Position numbers and translations under genes: made by a program. 64,000 nucleotides of DNA. Origin: Octopus sinensis (taxonomy: Eukaryota). Shown piece after piece: positions 12,688-26,612 of the stretch (within the stretch, counting starts at the first letter, position 1; each line of letters opens with the position of its first letter). The notes below the pieces were generated by a model that saw only the letters and a program-made list of their open reading frames with translations, was not told the origin of the DNA and ran no database searches. Location: assembly GCF_006345805.1 (NCBI RefSeq), contig NC_043009.1:30008001-30072000 (forward strand), written 5' to 3'.

Positions 12688-12964
12688 ACAAGACATGGTG
12701 TTATAAAGTTAACCTCCTTTTTTCCCCACAAGTAATGGCAGTTAATTGCTTCTACTGATCTTCGATACTTTTTCTTTTATGCAAGAATTTATCTCCAGGA
12801 AATCAAATCCTACTGCATTTTAATTAATCTTCCACCATCCAGATGATATATAGTAAGACACAGTAATTTAAAGTGTCGGGTTTGCCATAAACCTGCATAT
12901 CGATTGGTCACGAGAATTAGGATAAACGTATACGAGTAACTAGATTACTCAGCCATTTACCTGC

Positions 12965-13428
12965 TTATACATTATCATCGTCATTGTTCGACCGTGGTCG
13001 AACAATGGAATTTACCATGCTACGCCAGACTTTACGGTCCATCATAGCATTACGGAGGTCCTGTTGCTGGATGCATGTATCCCTGGATATTACATCAGGG
13101 TAGGCGAGTGTGCGCCCTCTGGTGTTGCGAGTAGATGGCTTCCAGAGGAGAAGAGTAGAAATTGCCTCGTTTTCAGCTCTACAACAATGTTCAGCAAACT
13201 GGACTCTCCTACCTTTCACAAGAGATGACACAGGTGGTAGTTTCTCATATATTTGCTTTTGGTTGGATGACGCTTCCACGAGAGATTTTGAGCTCTCATA
13301 AGGAGGCGAGTGTAGGTTCCATCCAACCGCCTCTCAAGCTTCTTTGATAACGTCCAGGTTTCTAAGCCATATAGTAGAATTGGTTCGACTGTGGCTTTGA
13401 AGATTTCAAGTTTGAAGTCTCTACTTAT
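12965..13428 (-). mobile_element. RTE-clade LINE 3' end (5'-truncated)
   Basis: Continuous frame RDFKLEIFKATVEPILLYGLETWTLSKKLERRLDGTYTRLLMRAQNLSWKRH...RRVQFAEHCCR...LLWKP...RGRTLAYPDVISRD...AMMDRKVWRSMV, the typical RTE post-RT C-terminus. Confidence 0.9.
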
Positions 13429-14454
13429 ACATTAAATCTGTTGTTCTGCTGATCAAATACCTGAAAATTTCCTCGTCGCAAGCAGCTGTATCATTGTTGT
13501 TAGTGAGGATCCTCAATAAACACTTGAGAATGCATAGACAAATGGATAAGGATAAGATACTGTAGTTGATGGTGCATATACTTTGACAGTACTGGTATGT
13601 GGCTATGAGCAAACACTTAAGTGTAGGAACACAAACAAACGGAATGGCCATATGAATTACATATTGTCCTCTACAATTTGTAGGATGTTACTACATGATG
13701 CCGCAGAATATCAGTGCATGATATTGAACATCTAAGGTGTATGTAACACGCCATGAAAACTTGAAAATGTTTGAGTCTTCCGATTGTTTCGATTGAGCGC
13801 GTGTCATATTGTTTTCCTCCAATTGTTTCAATGCCGTGAGGAGCTGAAGACGGTGGCTCAACCTCTTGAGTTGTTCCTGATCGTCTTATATAAGAGGACC
13901 CATTGGAAATTTCGATCACCGCTTTGAAGAATTGGATTGAGAGTCATACTGAAATGTGTTGACCATAGTCCAATTGACTAGGACTGACCGGGTACCAAGC
14001 ACCACCTCGAGGAACGATTTCTCCACTGACCATCCCATTGAATAAGTATGAAATATTTAATTATATTTTAAGGATTTAGTGAAATTTGTATCGTGCTTGG
14101 GCCATAAAAAATCGAAGGACTCCGCCTGTCTGATTTCTCTCAATATACATGACGCTAACACAGTCTTCAGCAGCTATTGGATGTTTCAGGGATATATTCC
14201 AATTAAAGTGAGTAAAACTTAAGAGAAGAACTGTATTAGTTAGGGACACAAAGTTCTATCAATGGTAGCATATAAACAGCTGGCATCTAGATTTGGTCAT
14301 TTGAGATTTTACACATTCACACGATGTAAGGAAGTTGTAAGAAAGAAAGGAAAGCCAGCAGTAACATACAGACCACTGAATTCTAGACTCAGTCATCTGC
14401 AGTATTGCACAATCATGATACAGGAAAATCTGCGCATGGGTGTGTGCATGCATG

Positions 14455-14564
<110 letters not shown>

Positions 14565-14590
14565 AAAGATATATGTATGTATGGTATGTG

Positions 14591-14627
<37 letters not shown>

Positions 14628-15291
14628 TGATTGTGTGTGTAGTGCATGTGTCATGTGTCCGCTCGTATATGTGTGCGCACGTGTGTTTTTGCGCGCACGT
14701 AAGTATATCTATGCGTTTTTCTCTGCGTTTTGTGTGGAATCTAATACGCATGGAATCTTCTATGCACGAGACAGGAATATCTTCTTGTTGCTGTCTAATA
14801 GAATAACAGCATGTGTACCAGAATTTTTGTTCATGTGTTTATGTATGAGAAATTGCGTTTATTTGTGTACCATTGTACCTAAGTGGCTGTGAGTGTATTA
14901 GAAAAAATGTCACTCAATATGTGTACTTGTCTCTGCGTATTTGCATGCTTACCTACGAAGCGTGCATACATATGTAGCGTGCGTGTTTGCATTTGAGAAT
15001 ATGTTTAAACTCTATATACGAGCGACTAAAATATCGAACTACTAAATAAGCTAGATCATAGAGTTACTACTTCACTGCAGCATCGATGAAAATAGTTATC
15101 AGATTATCAATCCCTTCTGGCTTCTGGTCTAGAGTTGCAGATCATCTTACCGATAATATCATGATTGATATTAACCATTTTGACTTGACAAAAGAAAAAT
15201 GCATGTAACAGAGACTAAAAGAAAACTTCTCTCTCTATCTCTTCTCCGCCCTCTCTTCTCCTTCTGTCTCTCCTCTATGTCTCTACCTACG

Positions 15292-15342
<51 letters not shown>

Positions 15343-16409
15343 GTATGTATAGCCACGTATGTTGTATTTATACATATATATGTAACTCTATATATAAGAA
15401 TACAGATGTGCTTACACCCATAAATATATATAAATATATATATATTTATATATATCCATATGGATATGTATAGTATAGGTGTGTGTACAGAGTGATGTAG
15501 ATAGACAGCAACAATATAAACATATAAACAAAGTAGACAGCACCGGAAACATCTAGATCAAAAAGTAAAGCAACTACAACTGCCATATGCTTGAAGATTG
15601 GTGATGCCGAAGTCGATCCAACAAAGCAAGGATTAAGAAAGAGTCTGGCGGGAATTAACGTCATATGAAGAAACGGTTAATCTAGCAAAATGAACTACTG
15701 CCATTTATTATGCTGCTTCCTTGCTCTCTGACCAAGTCTCCAAAAGTCATTCCAACAAAGGGTATGGATTTAATGTGTGCTGTGGTGCATTGGTGAAATA
15801 TCGAACAAGGAAATGCCAGGACGGGATTTCGATTCCTGGGTCAGGATATATTCATTTATACGCAATTTTGCAGTTTTCTCTTTTTAGTATATTAAACAGC
15901 AAATATCCAGTGTAGGCATAGAGGGACACTATTTTCATTGTGACGTGTGTAGCATTCCAGAAATTGAGAATATTACTTCAGCATTGAATACATGAGAGGC
16001 GGTAACTTGAAGAAACCAGGGAAATTTGATGGTTAAACATTATCATACAGAGGGTAATGTGCACATTGGCTAACATTGTGCACTGTTCGATCTGTAGTTC
16101 TCTTCAAGTGCTTTTAATCGGTCTTATGGCAAATATGCAGATGGCTAACAAGTGAGACGTGATTGCGTGCAGGGTAGCCGATCAGACACAGAAATTGCCT
16201 GAGATGTATCACTAATATGTGAAACATGTCGGGGAAAGCATAAAACACCATATTCATAACCACTCTATATTTTCCTCTATCACTGAGTTTTTTTTTAACG
16301 TATCACCTTGGAAACTGTTTAACGTTTACAATAGGAAAAGAATAAATTCCCTTAGTCGATAAGCAAATTTGCCTTTAACCGTCTCTGGGCAGAATGTTTG
16401 GCTGTGACG

Positions 16410-16812
16410 TCGCAAAATCGTCAGGACTTCGACAGTTTTACTTCCGGTTTGCTACGTTCTAAGTCCAAAACATATCGAGCTCAAATTTCCGAGTCGTTAA
16501 AATAAAGTACCGATCAATTACTGGGATAAATATAAACGATTATACTCCTCTTCTCAATATTGCTGGTGCTGTGCCCGAACTAGAAAGAATTTATGTTTGT
16601 ATTAAGATGGCGTGTTGACAGAATATCTAAAATGTCGGCCATAATGCTTCGCGGCATTTCGTCCGTCTTTAGGTTCTTAGTACATATTTCGCCGAGGTCG
16701 ACTTTACTTTCCATCCTTTCGGGGTCGATAAAATAAGTACCAGTTGAACACTGGGGTAGATGTAATAGACTAATCTCCTCTTTCAAATTGCGACCCTTGT
16801 GGCAAAATTTGA
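16410..16812 (+). mobile_element. Two SINE family B copies (very degenerate 16410-16530; better preserved 16605-16812)
   Basis: cgccgaggtcgactttactttccatcctttcggggtcgataaaataagtaccagttgaacactgggg matches family B; the upstream piece retains tacgttctaagtccaaa...aaataaagtacc. Confidence 0.75.
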
Positions 16813-17019
16813 TGGAGGAAGTGAGCACGTGCGTTGAGTGAGGAAGTGAACACAGACATTCACTATAAACGAATAATTTGTGCACATCGTTCGGCAAAGT
16901 TTAAAACGAATACGTCGTTTTCGACGGAAGAGGGCATCATTATTATTAAAAGATTTATTATTTTTTTCATAGCCTGGACAATAGCACATATGACTGCTGT
17001 TGATTTTTCATTATGTTTG

Positions 17020-17091
17020 GCTACTATAGCCTCGAGCCGACCAAAGCCTTGTGAGTGGATTCGGTAGACGGAAGCTGAAAGAAGCCCGTCG

Positions 17092-17158
<67 letters not shown>

Positions 17159-17320
17159 CGTGTTTGTGTGTGTATTGTGTGTGTATTGTGTGTGTGTGTG
17201 TGGTGTGTGTGTGTGTTTGTCTCTCAACATCGCCTGACAACCGATGCTGATGTCTTTGCGTCCCCATAAATTAGCGGTTCGGCAAAAGAGACCGATAGAA
17301 CAAGTACTAGGCTTACAAGT
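17020..17320 (+). mobile_element. SINE family A, truncated at both ends
   Basis: ctatagcctcgagccgaccaaagccttgtgagtgg...(TA)n(TG)n...gacaaccgatgctg...gtactaggcttacaag. Confidence 0.85.
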
Positions 17321-19039
17321 TGTCAATTTTAAGGAGCGTGAATTAGCTAGTTGTCCGGATTAAACACCGTTCCAGTATAAGTATCATTTTCCTGCAGGAA
17401 TAATAGAATAAGGCACGGAAATGGAATTGAACATAACAATTCGTTAGTTCTTCCGTTGCTTAAAGCAGTGAGTTATATAACATAATAATTATTGGAGGAT
17501 TTGACTGGTGACGTCGGTGTCTCTTGATGATCTCACAAACAAGTGAGTAGCAGTGACAGAACACGACTTCTGTCTTCTAGTTAGCTTTCTGCTACAAAAC
17601 AGGCTCAGGAATTTAAAATCTCCTTATCTATAATAGTTCTTATATATTGTTAGTAGCTGCATTTTAGCTTTAATCTCATTTGCGGAATGCCAAAGATGTA
17701 AAACGCTGGAAAATCTTTCTGTTACATCTTCCGCTTTAAGACAGATTTCAAATTGCGGTGGCTCAAACCTTCCCTTCATACCTCTCGTATCAGAGAAATA
17801 CAGAGATAAAATATTGGTGATAATTTAATCAATTAGGGTATTTAAACTGTATAATTAAAAATTAATTTTAAGACCGCTGATCTGCACGTACTCAATAAGA
17901 AGTCTTTGCTCTATTTGTCCCGATTCAAAGGACGATTTTACTTTTGGTCGAGTTCATATTTTATCATTTTGAGACTTATACATAACATTCAATGGTCCAG
18001 TGTAACGGTCTAGTTTCTCTGTCTGTCTCTTTCTCTCTCTGTCTCTCTGTCACACACACTCTATTTTTTTTCTGTTTTCTTTCTATCGCTGCTCCTTTTC
18101 CTTTCTGTCTGTGATTACTTTTTCCTGTTAAATGTTCGCGCATAATCGCATTATGTCCCACTGATACAGCATTTCAGCTGCCTGCATTAGGATTACACTT
18201 GCCTGTGGAATACGCAGCCAGTTATTCATAAATTTTGCGAAAAAGAACTCATTTCGTCGCACACCTCCATGCACATTAACTAGAACAACGGATAAACAAT
18301 CGCCCTCATTATACCAATGTTAAAAACAAATTTAATTTGAAATTTTGTTCATTGTGGGTTTTAACAACTGCAGAATTTTAGTCGCTGTATAACTGAATGG
18401 TAAAGGAGTCCACTCTGAAAGTATGAGGAACCGAGATCGATCCCACTGTATGGAGTCTTGAGTAAGTGCCATGGAGTCTTGAGTAAGTGTCATTCTTTTC
18501 TAGCCCCCCCCCCGACCTTTGTGGTTGAAATTGAATAAACGAAAGCTGCTTAGAAGCCCGTTGGACGGATTGCATTCACAATTCGAAAGGGTCGGCTTTG
18601 TCTTAAATTGTGTCATGTAGATTCTACCGGAGAATTAGGTTTGTGGTATATGTGTGTAGAGAATGTGTAACTACAAGATCCATCTGTGGTGCAGTTACAT
18701 TCTCTATCTGCCAGATAGAATATTGATTTAAGCTTTTCAAAGTTGGTGTATACATGTGAGCACGTGGCACAATGTTTGCACGTGTGTAGATATATACGCT
18801 GTGTGATTGTGTATGTAAGTGCATGCGCGTCTCCACGTGTGTGTGCACGCGCGCGTGTCTCTGTGTGTAGTGTGATCTAGATTATATTATGATATAAAAG
18901 ACAATTGTCTGCTTAGTGCTTCTGCTATGTAGGTAGCAAGTTCATTTCGTGGTGTTTAATAATTTTTTCAAGACAGATAAACATCTTGTTGTAGCATATG
19001 GTTAATGATTTTAACCTTAATTATTATCATAATGACACC

Positions 19040-19350
19040 ATCTGTCGTAGTAAATATTGACGATGCGGTGGAGGGTAGGTGCAGTGGTGGTGGCGGTCGT
19101 CGTCGTCGTCGTGGTATTTGACAGTGAAGATATGTTGATAATGATAATTATGAGATAAAGTGGATTTTGAAAGGTAACAGTTGATGCTGAGACTGATTTC
19201 GGTCGGGATGATGATGTTGGCGAGAGTGATGACCAATAATTGTGATGATAGATCACAACTGTGGTGGTGGCGGCGGCAGCCATGTTGGCCCTGGTGGTGC
19301 TGGTGGTGCTGCTGCTGCTGCTGGACGTGGCGGTAGTAGTGGCGGTGTGA
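19040..19350. repeat. Cryptic GGT/GCT/GAT trinucleotide low-complexity region
   Basis: Mixed triplet runs with stops in all frames. Confidence 0.75.
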
Positions 19351-19626
19351 GGGCTAATACTAGTTTTAAATGATGACAGTGTCGAGTGGATATGAGGTTG
19401 AACGATTGTTTAAGTTAGTAGTGACGGTGTGTGCGGAAGTGGCGGGGTGGTAGACGGGAAGGATGATGGTGTATCCATCAAGGAGGCATAATGAAGAGCT
19501 CAACCCTCCATCAATCAATGTCATTAAATGCACTCCAAACTCCTTCAGCAACATAAGTGGCGTATAGATACATACATACACACATACATACATACATACA
19601 TATATACATACATATATATGTATATA

Positions 19627-19732
<106 letters not shown>

Positions 19733-19738
19733 TGTATG

Positions 19739-19786
<48 letters not shown>

Positions 19787-20404
19787 GGGTGTATCTATAT
19801 GCATATGTATATTCTTTCTTGATACTAGTTATTTTTCGTTTTTTTTCGTCGTTCTTTTTTGTTTCCATTTTTTATTACTGTGGAATATAGAATTTGGCAC
19901 TACCGTCTTTGCATTTCTAATTTAAAACTACTGATGATATCTTTATATTATGTCTTTTATGTTTTTTTTCTTTTTTCCCATCCCACACATCATCGCCTCA
20001 TTGTGTTTTAGTCGCCTCCCTTGCTGGTTAGGCAGTTGAACGAAACCTTCCACACAACACAATATTTACTGCTCCATCTCAATGAAGCCAATATAACGAA
20101 AGAGCGAAAGAAAGAAGAAAAGAAAAACACACATGGGTGAAATGAAAAGCGAAAAAAGCAAAGTAGAAATACTAGATAAACTGATAAACCAATATGAGTG
20201 TTTATAGTGGCGGTGGTGATGACTGGAACGATGAGTAAATAAAAAAAGTAATCTTTTAATTGCCAAAAGAGGACAAAAAGAACAAGACAAAAACAATTCC
20301 ATTACTAGTTTAATACAAAATACATATATATAAAATTAACTAAATATATATCAGCACAAAACATTGCGCTCTGTATACGCACAGACACACACACCAGCAG
20401 ATAT

Positions 20405-20451
<47 letters not shown>

Positions 20452-20553
20452 ATATATATTTAATATATACACACACATATATGTTTTTGTTGTGCGTGTG
20501 TATGTATATAGTTGTGTGAATGTATGCATATCTCTATGCTCGTATATATATGT

Positions 20554-20638
<85 letters not shown>

Positions 20639-21181
20639 ATATATATTTATAAAGTTAAATACACTTTTTGAGATCAACTTGTATATTTAAATGTGTCAAC
20701 TGTGCGACTTCTTTCTCCTATTTAAAGATATGTTTAAACATAATTACGTTTTATACCTATATATTTATGTCGTGGAATGATTCTCCGATAGAAACGTTAA
20801 CATAATTATCTTCAACCAGACGAAGGGGAGTCAATAAGCAGTCATCCAGAATTCCAGAGATAGCAGCCAAACTACTTTAAAAGTAAATACAATCTTTTAC
20901 GTATTTCCAATAAATGAAGCCAAAAATGCTGTAATATATCATAGGTTAGGCTATGATTGGTAAGTACAGCAAAATAAACTAAAGAGTGCATCGTCTGTCA
21001 GTATCGAGAAGAAAATTGTAAGCCATGAATATGCATAGATGCAGAATAAAAAGAGAAACTGTTGGTGAATTGGTGAAGAGATCCACGCGATGATCAACAG
21101 AGTAAACGTATTTACGTTTCTAAAATTGTATTAAAGTGTTAACAATTCAAACGGAGTTTCATTTCATAGAAAGTATATATA

Positions 21182-21735
21182 CAGGGTCAAACAAAATGAT
21201 CTGACACATTTGTAGGTTAAATAAAAGGCAAATGAAGTAAAGAAACAAACAAGGGTTTTTATTTTTGAAAAGTACATATAATGCCATTTTGTTTCATTAT
21301 GTTTTAAAAATTAAATCAGTCAAATGGGATCCATTATTGTCCACACACTGTCGAAGGCGTTCACGAAAGTTGTCAATAACTCGGCGGGTCATTCATGTGG
21401 AATGGCAGTAATTTCTTGACGAATTGCATCTTTAAGTTCTGGCGGTGCGAGGTCGGCCGGTTGATTTTCGTTTCAATGCAGATCCAGTAGCTCTGAAGTT
21501 CGTAACCCATAACAAGATCGTGTTTCGAGCTGGTACGGGATCATGTCTACCAAGATTGAAGTGCAAACGGAACGCTCTTTGTGTTGCAGTTACAGAATCG
21601 TTTGTTTTGATAAACGTTTCCACAATGAAAGTGCGATGCTCCCCAGTCCAATTCATGGCAGCAACTGAAAAAGAAACGAAAAACAATGCCTTTTATTTAA
21701 CCTACAAATGTGTCAGACCATTTTGCCTGACCCTG
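21182..21735 (-). mobile_element. Internally deleted Tc1/mariner (ITm) element
   Basis: 49-bp TIRs (21182-21230 / 21687-21735, 3 mismatches) with TA on both sides. Transposase N-terminus MNWTGEHRTFIVETF...GRPRTART is joined to a C-terminus ELKDAIRQEITAIPHE..RRVIDNFRERLRQCVDNNGSHLTDLIFKT* (one 1-bp frameshift). Confidence 0.95.
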
Positions 21736-22795
21736 TATATGGGTTTTAAAACTATAGTTGTGTTAATATCAGATTTTTATACAAGATAAATATGAAAGAT
21801 TTAAATGAAATAGGTCTGATAATTCATATAAATCTAAATGAGATACAGATGAAACGATATTTCAATGAAATGAAGATAGATAAGAAACGCAATACATCCA
21901 CATTATTATCTTGTTGTTAACATAAAAAATTCAGACTTTTCAAAATTGAACAAAATTGAACAAAAATGTCAAATCTCCGAAACTTTGAATGTTTTTACTC
22001 GTCACAGAAGAGTATATTTATTTCTTAATCCACGGACATTCATTGCTGTGTATGCTTTCTTGAATCCAATACAAGTCAGCACAGTACGTCATCATGGAAT
22101 TAACTGATAAAATTGCGATAACAGGAACATGGAAAGTTTTTGTCGTTTTTTTTTTTGTATTTATCGACATTTCTATATCCTGACTGTAGAGAGGTAAACT
22201 CTATCATTCACAACTGAGGTATACTATACTACGATAAAATCAAATTTCAACTTTGGCTATGAAATCTCGGTGACAAAAGAACGAGACCCTGATTATCAGA
22301 ATGTTTGATGGCGCAGATCAGCATGACCGGATTATTCTCGTTTTGGATAGGAATAGGCCCATGTAATATAAATGTGACGAATAAGAAAGCGTGGACAAGT
22401 CTGCCTCACCTGACTTGAGACACAGTGAAAAGGCACCCATTGCAAAGTATTTTGTCCGACGATAACAGAACGAATATTCCAACACCTTAAATTCAAGTTT
22501 ACGTACAAACACTCGCGCGCATACGCACACGCACACACATACACACACATACACACACACACAGAGATACATACTCACAAGGGATATAACAATCCTTATA
22601 CATTGATATATGCATATGAATGTTAACTTACACAAATATGTGTATACGTGTGTGTGTGTGTATGCGTGTGTATGTGTGTTCTTGCGTGTTTGTGTGTGTA
22701 TAGATACGAAACTAATGTGTTCTATTCCCATATTTGCTGTACCAAACTGATACCGATACGCACGTGCATCTCACCTCACTTCTCTTATATATTCA

Positions 22796-22854
<59 letters not shown>

Positions 22855-23729
22855 AATGTGTATATACATACATATATACACATATTCCTATATATATATA
22901 TACATGTATGCATTATGAATGTATGTATGTTTTTGTGCTTATATATATGTGTGTACGAATATATATATCGCAATATATATACGTAAAACATTATAGTACG
23001 GGATATGACATTGCGTATTCAAAGTATCGCGATATGCATATTTATTAGTTTCACTGGAACCAAAAATGGCAGTAAAGAGGTAGAGGTAGCGAAGGAAAGA
23101 ATATGTCTTCATATATTAAGTTGAAATCCCAGCAGAATTCAATTTTCCTTCTAGACCTTCAGGGTCGATAAAATAATTACCTTTCATGCATCGTGATTGA
23201 TTGAATTGCCAATATATTCCCTTTGCAGCGATGTGGACTTGTATAGATTTATGTGTTTATTTATTTATTTCATTAAGATAAAGACTCGACTTTATGAAGC
23301 ATGAGTGCATCGAATCAAACCATTTCCTATAGAAGAGAAGGTAAGCCTAATTTTTCCGAAATAGTTCTAATTTCACGTTAAAACCAGAGCTTCATATTTC
23401 AGGAATTATCGACCTTAGGTAGCGCATGCTACCTAATAATAATCAGTCTGTTATTATTACTTTTGTTGTTACTGCTGTTGTGCTTGTTATTTTACTCTCT
23501 CACGTAGATACGGCGTGTGAATTGGTTCAATCAAAATGCTGTGCGATATTTTTTCATGTTGTTTCATGTTCCAGTTCAAATCTTGCACAAGTCTACTTTG
23601 CCTGTCATTGGTCAAGGGGTCAGTAAAATATATTACTTGACCTACGAAGGAAAGTAGTGGAAATGCTGGACAATATATTTTGCGGCCTGTGCCCCTAGTT
23701 TAGGTGCTCAAGCATGTGTACCAAACTTA

Positions 23730-24190
23730 TCTGCTTCTTGCCGAAGTGGTGTCTTATTGTAGAGAAAATCACTGAGCGAAGGCAACAGGAATCCAACTTT
23801 GTATTCTACAAAAAATTCTATGTTAATGACTTATTGATTACAATGGTATTTACCGAATATCCTCCGGCTGTCGATTTGATACGAAAAAGAGAAGATGGAG
23901 CAGATGTATGATCGCTCAAATTAGAACATAGATGTTCACAATAAAATAACGTAGCAACAAAATTACTTAGCCACAAACCTTCCATAAACCTATTTTGAAC
24001 TTCTATGGTTAGCAACGTTGTGACGGAATTATCTCCGAAGTTTGTGTTAAGCAAATGAGAGATTACCTTGCTGTCTATCACCTCTATATTTTGCCATATG
24101 GAGAAACGTGTAGAAGCCAATGACCAAACCGAGAATTATGTAGTGCTACAAGACTCATGCAGAACCAGGTAGATTTTCAAGATTTAACTA
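23730..24190 (+). mobile_element. Possible BEL/Pao LTR-retrotransposon pol remnant
   Basis: One frame, with stops, gives FYVNDLL...LLSITSIF...VVLQDSCR, resembling BEL/Pao FYVDD...ILS..SSIYDPLG...ILQELCR at similar spacing. Highly degenerate. Confidence 0.35.
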
Positions 24191-26169
24191 TATTTTGATC
24201 TATAACAACAACAATGAATTTGCCAGGTCATCAGCCAACGAAAATTCAGCTGTTTATCTGAGATCCCGTCAAACAGGTGGATGACTTTTAGAACCATTTA
24301 AGTGTCTGACACTATGTCGACTATATTTAGCTATAGCCATTCTATTCGCAAAAAAACTCATTCTAATGAAATCTTCCTTTCAACAGTGCACCATTAAAAT
24401 GCAAATCTTGTTCAGTGCAATGATTAATTAATACTGTTATAAATACTTTTAAATGTGAAAAGAATTATAATAAAAACACTAGAATATATGAGGTTATTTA
24501 GATTGTTTCTGTAAAAACACTTTGTTATAGAATGTTTATTGTTTACACAATTGGCAACGATGCATTACTTTTAATGTTGTTAGATTCCAAAGACAAATTC
24601 ACCTGGATAAGACGTCAGGTAATACTAATTCACATTTCCACATTATTTAGTAAATATTCTGGAGTTATTGAGAAATAGGATTCTCGAGATAGAAAAATAA
24701 ACAACAAATGCTAGCAACTGATTTGAACTCGCTGTTCTGTTCTAATCAGCCAAATACTTTATCGACTACGTCGTTTCGCTCCTACACAATCTGCTGTAGT
24801 CTTAAAAGTAATAGTTCAACCAGATTGTATTAACAACTCCACATCGATTTTGCATCATAGAATAAGATTTTACAGCCTGAAGAATAATTGGATTGGACTG
24901 ATGTAGCTGAAACAGTTATTAATATTAGCCCATCAAAGTTATGTGTCATGGTGGAGTGATTATAATATTGGCCTCTAAATCCAATATATTACACTTCTAA
25001 ATCTTCAGCAAGATATTAGAAAAGGATAGGCTTGTGTATATTTAGAATGAATAATCTAAAGGATAAGTTACATACTTTCTCTAAATAGAGATTTTGGCCT
25101 AAGAATAATGATGATTTCTGAAATGATGTTGTGGTGACTTTCTCTGTTCAGGCGTTCCAACTTTGACCATCCTATCTTTCGTTTATACTTAGGAATATAT
25201 TATCCAAAATTTCAATCGGTTTTTAAGATGGTAAGTTGTAATTTCAAAGGTAATTGGCTGCTATTAAAACGCAAAAGGTATGCGTACAGCAGTGTTTTCC
25301 GTAGGGTCAGGGTCCTATGAGGAATGCCTGGGAGGAATGAAAATACGAGAGGGTACACAAATTACTAGGTTTAATAAAAATTAGAAGCCTTTAATAATTT
25401 TAAAGACACGTCCCTGCCAAACTCAAACCACTGCCACTACTCCCATGAAAATACTGGACAATAACACAACACCAGCAAAGCCAGCAGCAGCAGCAGTAGC
25501 TACATCACCGTCTTAAGTAGTTCATTAAACGTCGATCACGATACTTCATTTATATATTCTTTCACTTTTACCGATTCCCTTTGCACGCAATCACTCGGTG
25601 CGCAGGAGTTGGTCACTTGCAGAATTATTTCGACCAGTTGCTGTCATATGTAAGATTAATCCAATGATTAGCGAGCTCCATTACGAATATCAGTCCTCCA
25701 TCTTCTTTAGTTGGGAAGCAGATGTCGTTTTTATTAGCTTGGTAGTCTTTGCCAAAGAGGCTGTGTGGTGAATCACATTGAGATGGCTGACGATCGACAA
25801 CGTTTCTTGGCAAAGCCCTAATCATCTGTTGAACGTTTAATATGAAAATTATTGTGGAGAGTACAATGTGAACTCATGACTAAACAGACCCGCTGCCAGT
25901 ATGCGCCTATAGATTGAAGAAAACCAGCTACTAGACGGGGTTTCCTTAGGGAACAAGGTGATAGTAGTTTTGTGGGTTTTTCACGAGTAGCCCCCGGAGG
26001 TCTCCCACGAAATATTGGGTGTTTCTTTATTTGAAAGGCATGTTTATTTTTTTTCTCTCATTTTCGCATGTTTTCTGCCTTCAAACTGCATCTCCATCTA
26101 CCGTCATCGGTCGTTTTTTTTTTAACACCCTTTGTGGTCGAAAAGTATGTTTTATCATTTTTTGGTAGT

Positions 26170-26550
26170 TTTCGTAGTAGCAGTGATAGTAGTAGCACTA
26201 CTACTACTGCTGCTGCCGCTGCAAATCCTGCGGCCACTGCTACCGCTGTTGCCGGTGCTGCCGCTGCTGAAGCCACTGCTGCTACTGCCGCCGCTGCTGC
26301 TGATATCGCCGCTGCTGCTGCTATCGCCGCTACTGCCGTCGCTGCTGTTGCTGCTCATGTCGTTGCTGCTGCTCATGTTGTTGCTGCTGCTCATGTCGTT
26401 GCTGCTGCTACAACTGCTGCTGCTATTGCTGTTGCTGCCGCTGCTGCTGTGGAAGCTGCGCCGCTTGCACAGTGTGCCGCTGCTTCTTCTGCCGCTGTTG
26501 CCTCCGCCGCAGCTGCTGTTGCTACCGCTGCTGGTAGTAGTTGTAGTAGT

Positions 26551-26582
<32 letters not shown>

Positions 26583-26612
26583 TAGTAGTAGTAGTTAGTA
26601 GTAGTAGTAGTA
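26170..26612. repeat. (GCT/GCC)n tract grading into (GTA)n, with 3 copies of an 18-bp gctcatgt(c/t)gttgctgct unit
   Basis: Seen directly; explains the poly-Ala/Leu/Ser ORFs at 26058-26653. Confidence 0.9.

Noticed and set aside
13671-14050. Long minus-strand frame with one stop (…IEISNGSSYIRRSGTTQEVEPP…)
   Set aside because: No family resemblance or splice support.
16400-16470. CRE (tgacgtc) plus ETS (acttccgg) motifs suggesting a promoter
   Set aside because: They fall within or at the edge of a degenerate family B SINE; no CpG island or downstream exon.
23333-23340. Perfect donor AAG|GTAAGC with a possible 8-nt microexon
   Set aside because: Longer exon options are closed in all frames; isolated consensus sites are expected by chance.
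25625-25825. ICFPTKEDGGL resembling the L1/Tx1 post-RT PK..GGLG motif
   Set aside because: Single short motif without supporting context.
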